Positions 14,121 to 27,107 of a stretch of DNA of 64,000 bases are shown piece by piece. A program made the position numbers and the translations under genes. The notes below the pieces were generated by a model that saw only the letters and a list, made by a program, of their open reading frames with translations, searched no databases and was not told where the DNA came from. The stretch lies in NCBI RefSeq assembly GCF_006345805.1, contig NC_042998.1:110980001-111044000 (forward strand), given 5' to 3'. Source of the stretch: Octopus sinensis (Eukaryota). Each line of letters starts with the position of its first letter. Position 1 is the first letter of the stretch.

Positions 14121-14152
14121 ATTGAGTCTCGCGTATAGCTCTTCGTCGGAAT
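14121..14152 (-). ncRNA. Degenerate hammerhead motif in a PLE-type terminal fragment (about 14090-14155)
   Basis: Minus strand reads ATT-CCGACGA-A-GAGC-tatac-GC-GAGA-C-TC-AAT. The flank (cgagcgtcaagctaat) resembles the one beside 1879-1922. Confidence 0.4.
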
Positions 14153-15489
14153 GGAGTTAATCATCAAAATTATTTTCTCTTATTTTACAATTTTATACGG
14201 CATATCATTGTGGTCTTCAACATTATAAAATTAGAGGAAATACATTTTGAGTATGAACAAGTCTCTATACTCTGTATAATTATTACTAAAATATACTCCA
14301 GGCAATTCTCCGTCCAGCTAAGCAAACACAGGGTGACTGACAACTAATAGTAGTCACAGCCGTTAAATACTGATTCATGTGGTTAGCCATAAACTGGAAG
14401 TTAACTGAGAGCTATCACGGTAACCGCCTGCATAATATATCCCTCCAAACGCACATCTGGGTGTGTGTGTTTGTGTGTGTGTGTGTGTAATGTATGTATA
14501 TATCTATAATTTATGCATGTATGTATATTTTAAGTTCTTGAAAGTTTTCAAGCCGGTCGCTAAGAAAGCGGCAAGACTTTTTGAGTAAAGAGAGTTCCCA
14601 GTGTGTAAATAAGTGGTTGAGTTGGTGTATTAGTTGACCTGTCGACGCTTACGCCCTTGTGTTTACATCTATTCACAAAAGAATCTCAGAAGGGGAATTT
14701 TTAAAATCTCTTACAATTCTTCACTGTGCCACTAATAGTGTGGATTTGGAGAATCCACATTAGTTTCTTTTGCTCTTTCTCCGAGAAACGAGTATTTCTA
14801 GGCATCTGTGCAAATTTGTCGGCACATAGCATCATGCACCTATGATGATATGTACAAACGAAAATTCTTAGTCAGGGTACATTAATTCGTCATAAATGTT
14901 CTCTTTCTCTGGACATTTGATTATACATTCACATCCACTGGGCAGCTGAAATCTAATAACAATGCATGACTTTTGTTCCCAGTCCCACAGATCAATATCA
15001 GCTATGTTTTGCTTGCACCGAATTAGTGTTTTTATTGGAGTGATCCATCAATATCTTATTTTAAAAGGTGTGAATGCCTGCTCGTTCTGACATACCTCTC
15101 ATGTATATGTCAAGGTAGTTCTTCCTTCAGATAGCATTGTAAATAGCCTTTGCAACTATTATATATCACGCCTCAGTGGCAGGTAGTATCTAGTAGACAT
15201 TTTGGGACGCCTGCTGATGATGTGAGGATATCTTCCACACTGTTTTACTAGAGCCGATATTTTTTTTATTGCATCGTGGAGTATATTTGTCTCTCTTGTT
15301 TATCTGGTATTTAGTAGCTATCTCCTGTTCTGAGATCGCGACGGCAAATCCTTCTAGGATACTTATGTATGTATGTATGTTTATGTATATGTGTATGTAT
15401 ATATGCAGGTATGTATGTATATACGTAAGTATATATGTATAACCCATATTTATTCGGACAAATATGTTCGAGATATATAATTGAAATTT

Positions 15490-17400
15490 ACAGAAAAACA
15501 AAAGAGAAGCAGGTGTTTTAGTTAAAGCTCGAGGCGGTAAGAAAGTCTTTTACATTTCGAGCTTACGCTCTTCAACAGAAAGGAACTTGTGGATTTAGCG
15601 GTCAATCATGGCGACAAGTTGGAAAAAGGTAGCTGGACAGAAGTGCTAGGAAGAAGAGGAGATAAAATACTGGTGATCTCAAAACGAAGGTACACGTGCA
15701 TATGTGTATGAGAGTTTGTAAGTTTGTATGTGTAGATAGGGTCTAGGGACTTCGACATGTTGATGAGTGCCTGTGTAAGTGTGTGCGTCTGTAATGTGTG
15801 GGTGTATGGATCACGGTGTGGATGCTGAGAAGTAGTCAGTGCTAGTGTGGGTGGAGTGGTGTGTGGTGGTATAATGAAGTTTGGTGGTGCGTGGTGTGTG
15901 GTGGTGCGTGGCGTGTGGTGGTGCGTGTTGGTGTGGGGATGTTAGGGTGGCGTGTGGGTTTCGGGTGAGATGGTGGGGGATGGAGGTGAAGATGTGAGGG
16001 TAGGGGTAGGGTATGTGGAATGGGGATGTGTGAGGGTGAAGTGTGGATGGAGGGGGTATCAATGAAGGGAGAAGGTTGGTAGGAGTGAAGAGAGGAGTTA
16101 GGTGTCAGTGCAAGAGAGGAGAGATGGGTAGAAGTGAGGAGTGGAAGTATATGTCAGATGGAGAGAGGAGAAGGGTGAGTTAGATGAAGGGGAAGAGACG
16201 TTGAGCCCACATAGGACAAAGGAGTGAAGAGAAAAGATTAATTCCTGTTCATGGTGAAGTCGGGAGTCCGGATGGCTCCTGTGCAAAGACAGTCTGAATA
16301 CAGACAGGTGTTGTAATGAATGACAGGTAAAGCAGAAATGACGCGAGACCGGTGTGTCATTGCCAAGTCTACTTTCTCGAAGGTGCTCCCCGAACCGGTC
16401 AGCCAAGCGGCTGATGTACAGAGAAAGGCAGAATGAGCAAGAGATGCATTAAATTACGTTGCTAGAAGTGCAGGTAAAAGAGTCAGTGATATGATTGGAA
16501 CTATGATGGGTGCCTGTTAGGATGGTGGTGTTTGGAGCAAGTGCGGCAGTGTGGGTGGGAGCAAGGGGACGAGCCAGTTTGGGAAGTGGGGTTAGGGAAG
16601 AAACTGTTGACCAGGAAGTCACGTAGGTTGTGACCGAAATGTTGAGAAAGGCGACGGAATTGTTGGAAACAGTGCAGGAGTATTCGAGGGCAGGATGGAA
16701 GGATTGGACAAAAGAGAGGAAGAAGTCTAGTTGTTCGCGGGAGAGCGAGGTCGCACCGATACACTCATCAATATAACGACCGTATAGTTCGGGAGTGGGA
16801 CCAGTGAATCTTGAAAATATTTCGGTTTCAGCGTAGCCAACGTAAAGTTTCGCATAGTTGGGGTCCATTCTCGTTCCCATGGCCACTCCCGAAAATTGTT
16901 GGTAAAATTCCCCCGAGAATGATAAGCAGTTGAGTGAGGGAACAATTTCGGCCAGACGACGAAGGACACGGTCGAGGTACATAGAGAACATTTCTGTGGG
17001 GTAGCTACAACTGGAGACGATGGGTGTCTAGGGTTGTTGAGATTGGGGATTTTGGGGAAGGAAGGAAATGGTGAGGGTGTCTGTATATTGGAGGTGGTGT
17101 GAGGGAGACGGGAGGAGGAGATGAGGTAATAGATAGTGGAGGACACAGTCTGTTGGTTGTTAGGCGTGATGTTGGAGGGCCGAGGGCAATAGAAGGAGGT
17201 GTCTTGAAGTTAACGGATAGCTTCCTCCTTGTAGAGGTCTGCGCGCCACTCCACCATGGCTCCACATTTGTCGGCTGGTTTATGATAAAGTCTTTGCGGC
17301 GTCGGTGACATTGAAAGGCCGGGAGTTCGGCCGGGGACATGTTCAAAGGTCGGGGATGCCTGCGAAATTTAAACGGGTACACAGCATGTTAGCAGATGCC
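15490..17400 (-). mobile_element. Penelope-like retroelement, internally deleted and frameshifted: RT plus GIY-YIG endonuclease plus 3' terminal-repeat region
   Basis: RT: FIIKPADKGGAVVVW-like region, PIVSSCSYPTE, YQQFSGVAMGTRMDPNYA, RYIDE (YxDD site), AFLNISV. GIY-YIG region: DSFTCTSSNVI, ADRFGEHLR, PVSRHF, EQELIFSL..GLN. Confidence 0.9.
15547..15582 (-). ncRNA. Minimal type I hammerhead motif (A6U variant) at the 3' end of the PLE
   Basis: CTTT-CTGTTGA-A-GAGC-GTAA-GCTC-GAAA-TG-TA-AAAG, giving a 4-bp stem I, 4-bp stem II and GUA triplet. The ACGT stem III palindrome is mutated to ATGT. Confidence 0.65.
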
Positions 17401-18508
17401 TGAAAAATGATAGACCATTTGGAACAGCGCAGGAGCTGGCGTCCAGTGGGACGGTCGGCAGCGCAGATTAGTGAAGCAGTCCTCTACGTTAGATGCACGT
17501 GGATTGACACGGATGGAGTGAGGAGGTTGAATAGTTGTGCATCATTTATGGATGCGCGTATATTTGTCTCTTTCTTGGTGACTATGAGTTTGTGCATTTC
17601 ACTGCAATCATACATTGATTTATGTGACTACATATTTTATATGTTCAGTAATAATTGTTAGTATAAAAATAAAACTGAAAGAAGCATGCTGTTTAAGATA
17701 CTTGTTCTGGAGAGGGTTAAATTTTCACTCGCTTGTCGCCAATAACTAGATAATTAAAATACAGTGTACTCACGACAATGACGCTCATTTGATAGTATTT
17801 ACTCATCTTATCTGTCTTAAACTTAACACACTTTTTACATTGAGATCCGAATGCATTGTAACCCATAAAGGGAACTAATTATATCCTGTAAATTATTCCT
17901 TGAAGATACTAGCATTTCTAGGTAACTGTTCCAAAACAATATTTCCAAAACTGGTTGTGGATTGGTACAATTGATGGCTAGCCGGACTGAGTGACAGTGG
18001 TATTAAATGCATCTGAAATGCAATGGATTCAAATTTGCTCTGCATGTTTCGGAATTGATAAAATAATCATGCATCAATTATGGCCAATATACCAAACTAC
18101 ACATTGATCTAATTAGGTTACTTTCTGATTTTATCAACGATCTATTGCCAGTCTAGTAAGCATGGATCCAGTCTTATGCGATGAAGGCTGATTCTCTTTT
18201 TGAGGCAGAAGTTTCTGTTTCTCTCCAATGTCAGTATATGAATGTAGACAGGGATAGTGTGATTAAACAATTATTCACACATTCAATGCAGGACAAGCTA
18301 CCATTGGATCGTTGAATCCTAACAGATATATTGATTTCTTTTTCCTCAATCACCACTGAAATGTGTCTATAAGCATGACATTCGTATTACACATTTTATA
18401 AAATATATTACGTGTATAAGATCGTGTTCCTATCGTTCACTTTCCATTATAATGCGTATTGATTTCGTTTACGTTATTTAATCCTAAATACTTCTTCCCA
18501 TCGAACAG

Positions 18509-18561
18509 GAAATTGAAAGAATTCAAAATATCAAAAAGACAATAAAGCACTCTTCTTTTCT
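18509..18561 (+). CDS. Candidate internal exon of an unidentified gene (EIERIQNIKKTIKHSSF)
   Basis: cttcttcccatcgaacag acceptor, ct|gtgagt donor, only frame 0 open. No homology recognised. Confidence 0.3.
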
Positions 18562-19044
18562 GTGAGTCTTGACGGTTGATAAAGAAGAACATCGCTGTGT
18601 TTTCTGAAGTGATATCTTGACCAGAAGCAATTCGTATTAGACTCATCCGTATTACAATTTACCTCGATTTACTTTTAACAATGTATTTCTTTATTCATTA
18701 AACTTGCATGCATTATTGTTGCATGATCTTTAGTTATATTGCCTTCTATATGTTGCTGTTATTTTAATATCATATAGATGTTCTCATATCGTAGTGATTC
18801 ATATATTAATATATATTTGTTGTGTTCATGCAATATGCCTATATTTATGTTATTCCTTTGATGTTATTTATATTTTCTGACATCATATTTATGTTATATA
18901 AATATTTATAATTTATGTTGTAATGTATTCTTAGTATTAATATGATTATATTATATTATTGATGCAGTCTTCATAATATATATATATATATGCGTGTATG
19001 TATGTATTCATTATGTATGTGTGTAGTCTCTTCTATTTTTAAAT

Positions 19045-19900
19045 TATTATAAACCTTCCAATGAGGAAGAGCCGGTTTCCAACAAAGATACAAGGCTCCA
19101 TCTTTGGGATGTAGTTAACACAGACAAATTCACAAATGGAACTTGAGAAAAGTCTTGCATATTTTTACTGTTCCACTCACAGATTGCACTTCTAATGTAC
19201 CAATTAGCCGGTCGATTTCTCTTTCTGAATATCCCATTTTATCTAGATTCTCCAATTAATATTGGCATGAATATGAATTCATAGTCTGGATAGAGAAGCT
19301 GGAAGTTTCGAAGTAGTTGTCTATAGACAGCCTCTTTTCCTTTGATTTCAAAGAGATTTTTGTATCTGCAGGACAGCTAATCTCTACTATTGTACGTACC
19401 TTTGCCCCACCTCTGTCCCAAACAACAATATCCGGCCTGTTATGCTTACATTTGACAGGTGTTTTCATGGGAATATTCCACCAGTATTCCTTGAGTTGGT
19501 GTTTATGAATGTATTTTATAAGAGAGGGATATTCTAAGTTTGTTTCAGGACAGTATTTTTTGCGGATGGCATTGGAAATTGTTTTAGCAACAACATAGTG
19601 ATGAGATTTTTGGACATCTGCTAATCACATGCGTAAAGTATTCCACAGAAAGATGACATAGCGTACACCTGCAGTTGCACCTTGGGACTGCAAGTGTAAT
19701 CTGATATAGTGGTCATGTGTCCAATAGAGGCTGCGCTTCGTGTCAATTCTACTATCTTCTACAAGCTTCCGGCCCATGCATGGTCTTTTTTTTTGGCATG
19801 CTGAGTGCTTTCCATCCAGGTTTTCTTTGGGGTAAGAGAGCCCAGCTGTTTTATGGCTGCAGAGGAGATCATCAGGAAGTGTTTCTTGAGGAGTTCACTG
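19045..19900 (-). mobile_element. 3' fragment of a non-LTR retrotransposon with a restriction-like endonuclease (R2 group, R4/Dong-like)
   Basis: Zinc knuckle CTLCHLSVEYFTHVISRCP, then VVAKTISNAIRKK, then KCKHNRPDIVVWD..IVEISCPAD..KSKEK (PD-(D/E)xK), then C-terminal QSVSGTVKICKTFLKF. Frameshifted. Confidence 0.85.
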
Positions 19901-20789
19901 CCCACTCGTACAATGTTACTCACTTCACATTTCAGCACTGAATTAATATGTGCGTACGTTATTATTCTGTTTACTTCAAAATTCCTTGCCTATAGAAAAA
20001 GTACCTGGCTCTAACCTAGATCTAAGGCTCCTTCGTTGGAATTTCAACATCAACAACAGGGCATTTTTGTATGTATGTATGTATTTATGTATGTATATAT
20101 GTATGCATGTATGTATGTATGTGAATACATACATATGTTTTATGTGCGTATTCTCATGCATACAGTTGCAAATCTAGACATGTTCGTATATATTTAAATG
20201 ATAAACTTCTGTAAAGTTTTACAGATTTTTATAGTTCCAGTGATGGACTGGATCTGTAGTCTTCGAATTTGTTGTGAGAAGCCTAATTTCTCAAAATTGG
20301 TATGTATGTATGTATGTATGTATGTATGTATGTATGTATGTATGTATGCATGTATTATGTAGCGCTCTTACTTATATTTCGCATACGGCAAAACGTTTCC
20401 TGTTATTTTTCTTAGGAGTCAGGTTTCAATAGTATTTGATAGCTGATGCCAAATGCGGAAAAAACACTTCCGGCCTGGATTGTATCTATATTTCTGTTTC
20501 AAACATAGAGATTTATAAGAATTAAAATTGTAGATAAAAAAATTTAAAAACAATTGTAAAGAATTATATTTAGATGTATTTCTGTAATCACCACAAAAAG
20601 AAATTCATGTACCAAAATGTAATCCAATGGACCATTTTACTTCAATTGTCTAAGAAGTAAGATAAGTGATGGAACGTAAAAAAAGAAAAAATGAGATCAT
20701 TAATAATGCCGCTATCTTGTCGAATTTTTCATTTTAAATTTTGTGTTAACAATAATTTATGTCCTCTGTGCACAAATGAGACCATCTGT

Positions 20790-21060
20790 TAGTTAGCATG
20801 TGTTAGAGACCATCTGGATATGCAGATTAGTTACGGTTCAGTTCAATCCACTATCATTGAAGATTTGAGTACGAGACGCGTGTCTGCCAAGTTTGCGCTA
20901 ATACTGCTTTCAGCTGATCAAATAGACACTCGGGTGTCAGTTGCACAAGATTTCCTTGATTGTGTAGAGAATGAGAAAAACTTTTTGAAAACTTTGCGTT
21001 GGCAAAATTTGATGCAGAGTCTCTGCTTCACTTTGTCATTGTCAATGCGACTTCCAAGCA
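20790..21060 (+). mobile_element. Internally deleted mariner transposase remnant
   Basis: ISYGSVQSTIIEDLSTRRVSAKFALILLSADQIDTRVSVAQDFLDCVENEKNFLKTL matches the mariner linker before the first catalytic D. It is joined directly to a C-terminal AKFDA-like segment. Confidence 0.85.
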
Positions 21061-22622
21061 CTGCGGTAAGCAGGGGAAGTGAGCTAGAACGTTAAACCTT
21101 AGTGTGCAAGCACAGCGTTGGCTAAGGTCAATCCTTTGCTAAACGTTTGGACTCTGCGTGCTCTTGCTTCGTTACTATGGCCGCAGTCTTGATACTTATT
21201 GATCAGACCACGTATGAACGAAGCTGTTTTTTTTTTCTTCTTAGATATATTGTGTGTCCAACTATTTATTTGAATGTACCTTTCGTGTATTTTATTGCGA
21301 TTAGAGAGAATATTTTTTTCGCTATTTCTTGTACCGTGATTAATTTTATAAAGGTTATCATGTTTGCTGGTAGAGATTACGTCTTAACTGTTTGTGTGCT
21401 GGTGGTTAGTAATTGAAATTTCAGTTCTTCTGAGCTTGTTCGTCCAGAATCAAGGCCATTGTCCCTCTCCACATATTCGTCACTGCAACTTTCATCATTT
21501 CCATTGTACCCATCTGCAGGTGTGATCTAACCACTATTCCTAGTTTTATTCCTTCTGAATTTTCCATGTATATCGTTCACCCCTTGCAAAATTTCAAAAG
21601 TTCTTATTGAGTCTGACACTAGCATTAATTGCAGCCTTACTTTTTATCATCAACCTGATGGCGGCCGTACTATCAAACGGAATTATATTAAGCGTTATTG
21701 CTTTTTCGCACTGAACGAGAGAGCCATATGCTTAAAAGCATCCCATTCATTAACAGCATGTTTTCATATATACAATGAACTACAATTTCTCTCCATGTTT
21801 AAGACAATGTTGTGATTTGAGGGGACATGATTATATTTCTAATTGGTCAAAGAACCATGCGGAAGTAGTAATAAATTTCTACTGTCGCGATATCATAAAC
21901 AACATTCTCTATCATGCTGAGGGACTTAATTATAGCTTTATTCATGCTATTTCTCATTTATAAACACTTTAAGCGTACATGGAAATAGTAACTTCTCTGT
22001 TAAATATAATACAAATCATTGCAGAATTGAGAACAGAATATTGACTACCTTTGATAACCTGTTTTTAATATACATTCTAAAGTTCTGGTGACTATATTGC
22101 ATTTCTGCACATTCAGAAACATATTTTAAAGGGAGTAGTGCACTTTGATACGTTATTTATTTATGAGTTCTTATGGAACAAAATTAGTCGTGGCTGTGAT
22201 TGAGATTTACTCTTTTTGTACAGAGCAATTTGCAAGAAACGTATTTGAATGTCTTTCAAGTGAAAAGAAGACCTCTTCTGAACAAAACTGATTACTCTTA
22301 GCCTTTTACGTGAAAGTCAATTGAATCATCCAGCTCACTATTGTTTATACCCACGCAGAATAAAAATGCAACAGAATCCCTCTCAATGTTTGAGCTTAGA
22401 CGAAAATATTGATACTAGTTACACATTTCATTGCGGTGTAATTGATTCATTTGAATGGTGTATAGTGCTGGCTCTTATTTATTCCATTGCTGTAGAATGA
22501 AAGTTGAAGTTGACGCAGGTGCGATCTATAGTCAGAAAATAAACAGAATATAGCTAAATATGGCATGACATAGAATCCAAAGCGCAGTCGTTTCTCTTAG
22601 ATTCTACACAACTATTTTCCAG

Positions 22623-22679
22623 TTTACCTTGAATGTGCTTGAAGAAATGGTCCCAACAATTTACAATCACACAGCTCGA
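22623..22679 (+). CDS. Candidate internal exon of an unidentified gene (FTLNVLEEMVPTIYNHTAR)
   Basis: ctattttccag acceptor, cga|gtaagc donor, 57 nt, phase 0-0, open frame. No homology recognised. Confidence 0.4.
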
Positions 22680-23629
22680 GTAAGCCAGAAAGTTGCTTCG
22701 TAGTTATTCGTTAAAAATAACAACTAAACCTCTCTCAAATATCCCCATAATGACTTAAAGGAAGGACACATTAGATAAGGTAGACCTAGTAGATTAGGTA
22801 AAACTAAGAGATGTTGTCAGAAACGTGAAGGGTTAGTTTACAAATGTTCTTGATCAAGCTGTTTTCTGACTAAGCAACAACACATCTTTTTAACGTGTTG
22901 AGAATACAAAATTCCCAAACTGTTACACAGCCGCCTATCTAATTAAATATTAACCATGTCTTCAACTGGGCGAAAGCAGTATATATTTGCAGCAATCGAT
23001 TTGGTAAATTGCACGATTTTCCTAATTATCCGATTGACTTCCTACGTTCCATTACTCTTCCGAATCACGGCTGTTAGGATGTTACACAACATCAACAAGG
23101 AAACCGAATAAACAACAGCAGCAAAAACATGATGACTATTTCTTAACAAATCAAATTATTGTAACTTTACAAAGGCCGTGATGAGAAGCGGTCGATGAAA
23201 AACACAGAGTATAAACGTCCGAAGTCTGATAATAGAAGATAGGAAGGTGGAGGGGCTACACGTATGAGTATTGACAGTGCTTGTAGCTATTTTAAGTATT
23301 CAAAATAAAGCAGCAAAGTCATAACAATTTTGAACTAATGAACACGAATAAATACTGCTCACATAGATGATATATCAAGTAGTTCTGGCGAGGCGTGGTA
23401 TATAGTACAAAATGGTTGATAACTGGTCAAACGTCTTTCGTTCTATCTGTTTCTCTGTCCGTCCAGCTATCTATTTTCTGTATGTTTGTGTGTATGCGAG
23501 GTGAGAGTGGCTGTGTATACATACACATGTACCTATATGTGTATATACCAAGTGTATGTGTAAGCGAGTATATAGACAGATAAATTGATATATAGATGCA
23601 TACATATAAATATAAATATATATAGATAT

Positions 23630-24510
23630 AGATTTCGGACTCTCTATCACCATAAATAGCAAATACCATTGAATGAACTTTTTAGACGCTACTTTCGATT
23701 TGGATTCTAGTCTACACGAACCGTTCCATAAACTCAATGAGAGGCTAAAATACGTAACTGTTAGGTCTAATCATCCACCATCAATAATTAGGGGACTAGT
23801 TAAGAACATCTCGGCCAGAATATCTCGATTATCCGCCAACGAGGATATATTCAACAAACACGCACCCTATTATAACACAGCCCTGGCTAAGGCCGGATAC
23901 CGTGGGAAAAGCGAATACGCCCCTAGTAGTAGTAATAATAATGACAACCAACTCATCATACCAGCAACATTTCAAACAACAACACAAATATACTAGGAAA
24001 TAATAAAAATAAAAATAGGATAACCATGACCACGAATGTAGTGAATAGAACCAATTAGTCTAGTGCTCGCTGCACACAAACAAACAAAAAACGATCAATT
24101 ATGTTCATGCAGGGACAGATCCAAATGTCCCTTGGACAATCAATGCACGATCACAGAAATGTGGTGTATAAGTGCACAATAAACGCTAAAGGTGGCCCTT
24201 ACGCATATAACTGTGTATCAGTTGTTATTTTCAAAAGTCGATATCGCAACCATATTTCGAAAAATGCTTAAATGTTATGTAATATCACTGGATGATTTTA
24301 CATGGAGGCATATGGAAGACAAGGCAAAATACGATCTGAGCTGGTCCATGCGAGTCCCTCTAGCACATTATCTCGGAAATGCCAGATATTTTCCGAGGAG
24401 TTTCTTATTAGCGAAGCAGCGCATTATAAACAGATTTAGGGAACGATTACACAGGTGCGTGCATACAACTAAACACACGTTCACATTAGACAGTCTAAAC
24501 CATACCTGAC
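23630..24510 (+). mobile_element. Penelope-like element 3' fragment (RT thumb plus GIY-YIG), Penelope/Poseidon-type
   Basis: NFLDATFDL..YVTVRSNHPPSII..ISARISRLSANEDIFNKHAPYYNTALAKAGY; C.CRDRSKCPLDNQC; VVYKCT; FKSRYRNHIS; YDLSWS; HRCVHTTKH. Confidence 0.9.
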
Positions 24511-24695
24511 TGATGCAAACCTGCCACCAACAACTCGGATTAATCCCCCTGAGTTAAAACCTTATGAACTGTAACCATGAAACATATACTAAAGAAGAAC
24601 CGCACGTGAATAACGTATATTAGACGTGTAATTTTACAATGCCACTATGTATATGTATATATGTATATATGTAAGTATATGCACATGTATGTGTG

Positions 24696-24744
<49 letters not shown>

Positions 24745-24887
24745 TTGTATATCTGTCTGCCTGTGTGTGTGTAGGTCTATGTATATAAATATATGCATCT
24801 ATATGTATATATATACACGAACGTTCGTGTACGTAAGTATTCGTTTGTTGTATTTATATATATGTATTTATGTTTCTTTCTGAGTAT

Positions 24888-24946
24888 ATTCTACTGACGA
24901 GGCAAAGCCTTTCTAAATGGAAATCCAGAAATCCCGGATCTATAAT
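24888..24946 (+). ncRNA. Type I hammerhead-like motif downstream of the PLE, with an imperfect stem II base
   Basis: ATTCTA-CTGACGA-GG(caaagcctttctaaatggaaat)CC-A-GAAA-TCCCGGA-TC-TATAAT. Stem I pairs at 5 of 6 positions, stem III is a near-palindrome (ATCCCGGAT), and there is an extra A before GAAA. Confidence 0.55.
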
Positions 24947-25176
24947 TACCCAGTAACTTTTTACTAGCTTCATGTTGTCTCTTTGTCTTTTCTTCGTGTT
25001 GCTATATGAAAACTTAAGGTGGTTTTAGAATCGGTTCATGGCTGTTATTTTCAGCATGATGGTATCTCGTAGATACCCTAATTTATAATTTTCATAATTA
25101 TTACCTTTGAAAGTTATTTTTTCCATGCTGATCATTTGATAAGTTCGTTATTTTATTTCAAATAAACGATATTTTG

Positions 25177-25234
<58 letters not shown>

Positions 25235-25895
25235 TTCAGCAAAATTTAGATTCAGATGAATAAAACTTAGCTATAGATATCAAAAAGCTTCATGAATTTG
25301 TTCAAAATGACTCTTTTACAGCCGCCTAAACCAGCGGGAAGTAATGGTATCACATAGTTTGCATACTTAACAATGAAAACCTTTTAAACCAGTCGCTCAC
25401 ATTTAGTATTAGCATTGCTAGTAATGGTGCATATTCTTAGTTTTTCATTTTCCACTTAGAATGAGTGAAAATTTGCCAGTGACTAAAATTTATTTTTCAG
25501 TGAATCAAACAGTGCACGTGACAAATTTCTAGTTTGTAATTCTTTATGAATTTTAATCGGTGATTAGCAGTGGTAGCCTTTTCAGCACAACATTATTATC
25601 CTACAAACTCATTTTAAATTTAGTGTTACTTTCTCGGGTGGTGCTTTGAAGGAAAATTCTCAAAACAATTTCGATGATTAATATAACTCGCAAATAACGA
25701 AGATGAGAATGATTATCTGTTATTCTGTATTTCTTAGAATTTAACTTTGCAGTAAATTGTGCTTTTACATTTCTGCTCACATCATCTCTTTTGCTGCAAA
25801 AATGTTGTTACATAATTACATACATTTCACCTATTTTCACCTATATCCAGAATAGTTTTGAAGAATGTTGATATCGGTGGCTTTATTAGGATGCG

Positions 25896-25926
<31 letters not shown>

Positions 25927-25929
25927 TGT

Positions 25930-27107
25930 GTGTGTGTGTACGTGAATGTAGTTTATGCACGTCCACAAATTAGCACACATGTCGCTCCAATTTTAAGCAT
26001 CCTACCTGGGTTTTGTCAACTTATTTTTTCCCGAGGCACCCGCGGATAGCGGTAATACGCTCCAATAGAATGATGATTTCCAGTTATCTTTGTAAGGAGC
26101 GACATTTCATAAGTTGCCTCAGGAGTACGATTATCCGTAACATTTGATTGTTGATTGACTTCCGAACTTCTCTTTTAATGTTTAAAATTATCATAATATA
26201 GAATTTACCTGAGCAGCATCTTTCGTCTTGAAATATGCCCTGGATAAGATATATTTCATAGATTCGTTTGCAAGATACTGAAAATAATATACAGAGAAAG
26301 GTTTTACATGTACACCTGCTATAAATCCAAATTTTAAAGGATCGCTCGTTTTAGTTTTGATGATATTTTCTTTAGCCTGTACAAATCTTTTTAATCATTA
26401 GAGCAAAAAGTTTAATGGCACAAAACACTTTTGACATTTGACAGTGAGAATTTCCGTCATAAAAGAGAGGTTGCCACAAAAATACAAGCAGTTTAGGAAG
26501 GAGACAATAGAATCATAGGATGTTCTTCTCGAGGCGATGTAGATTTATCAAGAGAAAATTCTGACGCAAGAAAAAGAAGTGTAACCAAGATGCAATAGGG
26601 CAACACGAAATCTGAAAATATAATTTTCACTGTATTGAGCCAAAAGCATATTGCATCAATGGTGATGTTATTTAGATTGTAAACTTCAGGATAGGGAAGA
26701 GCCGAGAAACAGATTTGACCCCTGGCTACAAAGACCTGTTTTCTTCTCGGTTAGTATACTCTCAGTGGAGCCATATATTAAGCTGGCTGATATTAGCAAA
26801 ATATATTCTGATACTTAAAAACAAAGCTTTTCAGAAAGGAGAACAAGGATTAATCTGTTGCATGTCAAAACCTTAGGAAGTTAATAATTGTTTATTATAA
26901 ACAGTAAATTAGTCATCTTCACTTACAGCCGTTCAATTGATCTGTATATATAAAAGGCAGGATATGTGTGTGTGTGTACGTGAATGTAGTTTATGCACGA
27001 CCACAAATTAGCACGCATGGTGCCCCAATTTTAGGAGGACATTCGTCACCATCTCTCCTGGGTTTTGTCAACTTATTTTTTCCCGATACACATGCGGATA
27101 GCGGTAA
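25930..27107 (+). repeat. Pair of about 130-bp diverged direct repeats (25930-26055 and 26966-27107)
   Basis: Both read gtgtacgtgaatgtagtttatgcacg.ccacaaattagcac..ctgggttttgtcaacttattttttcccga..gcggatagcggtaa. Confidence 0.85.
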
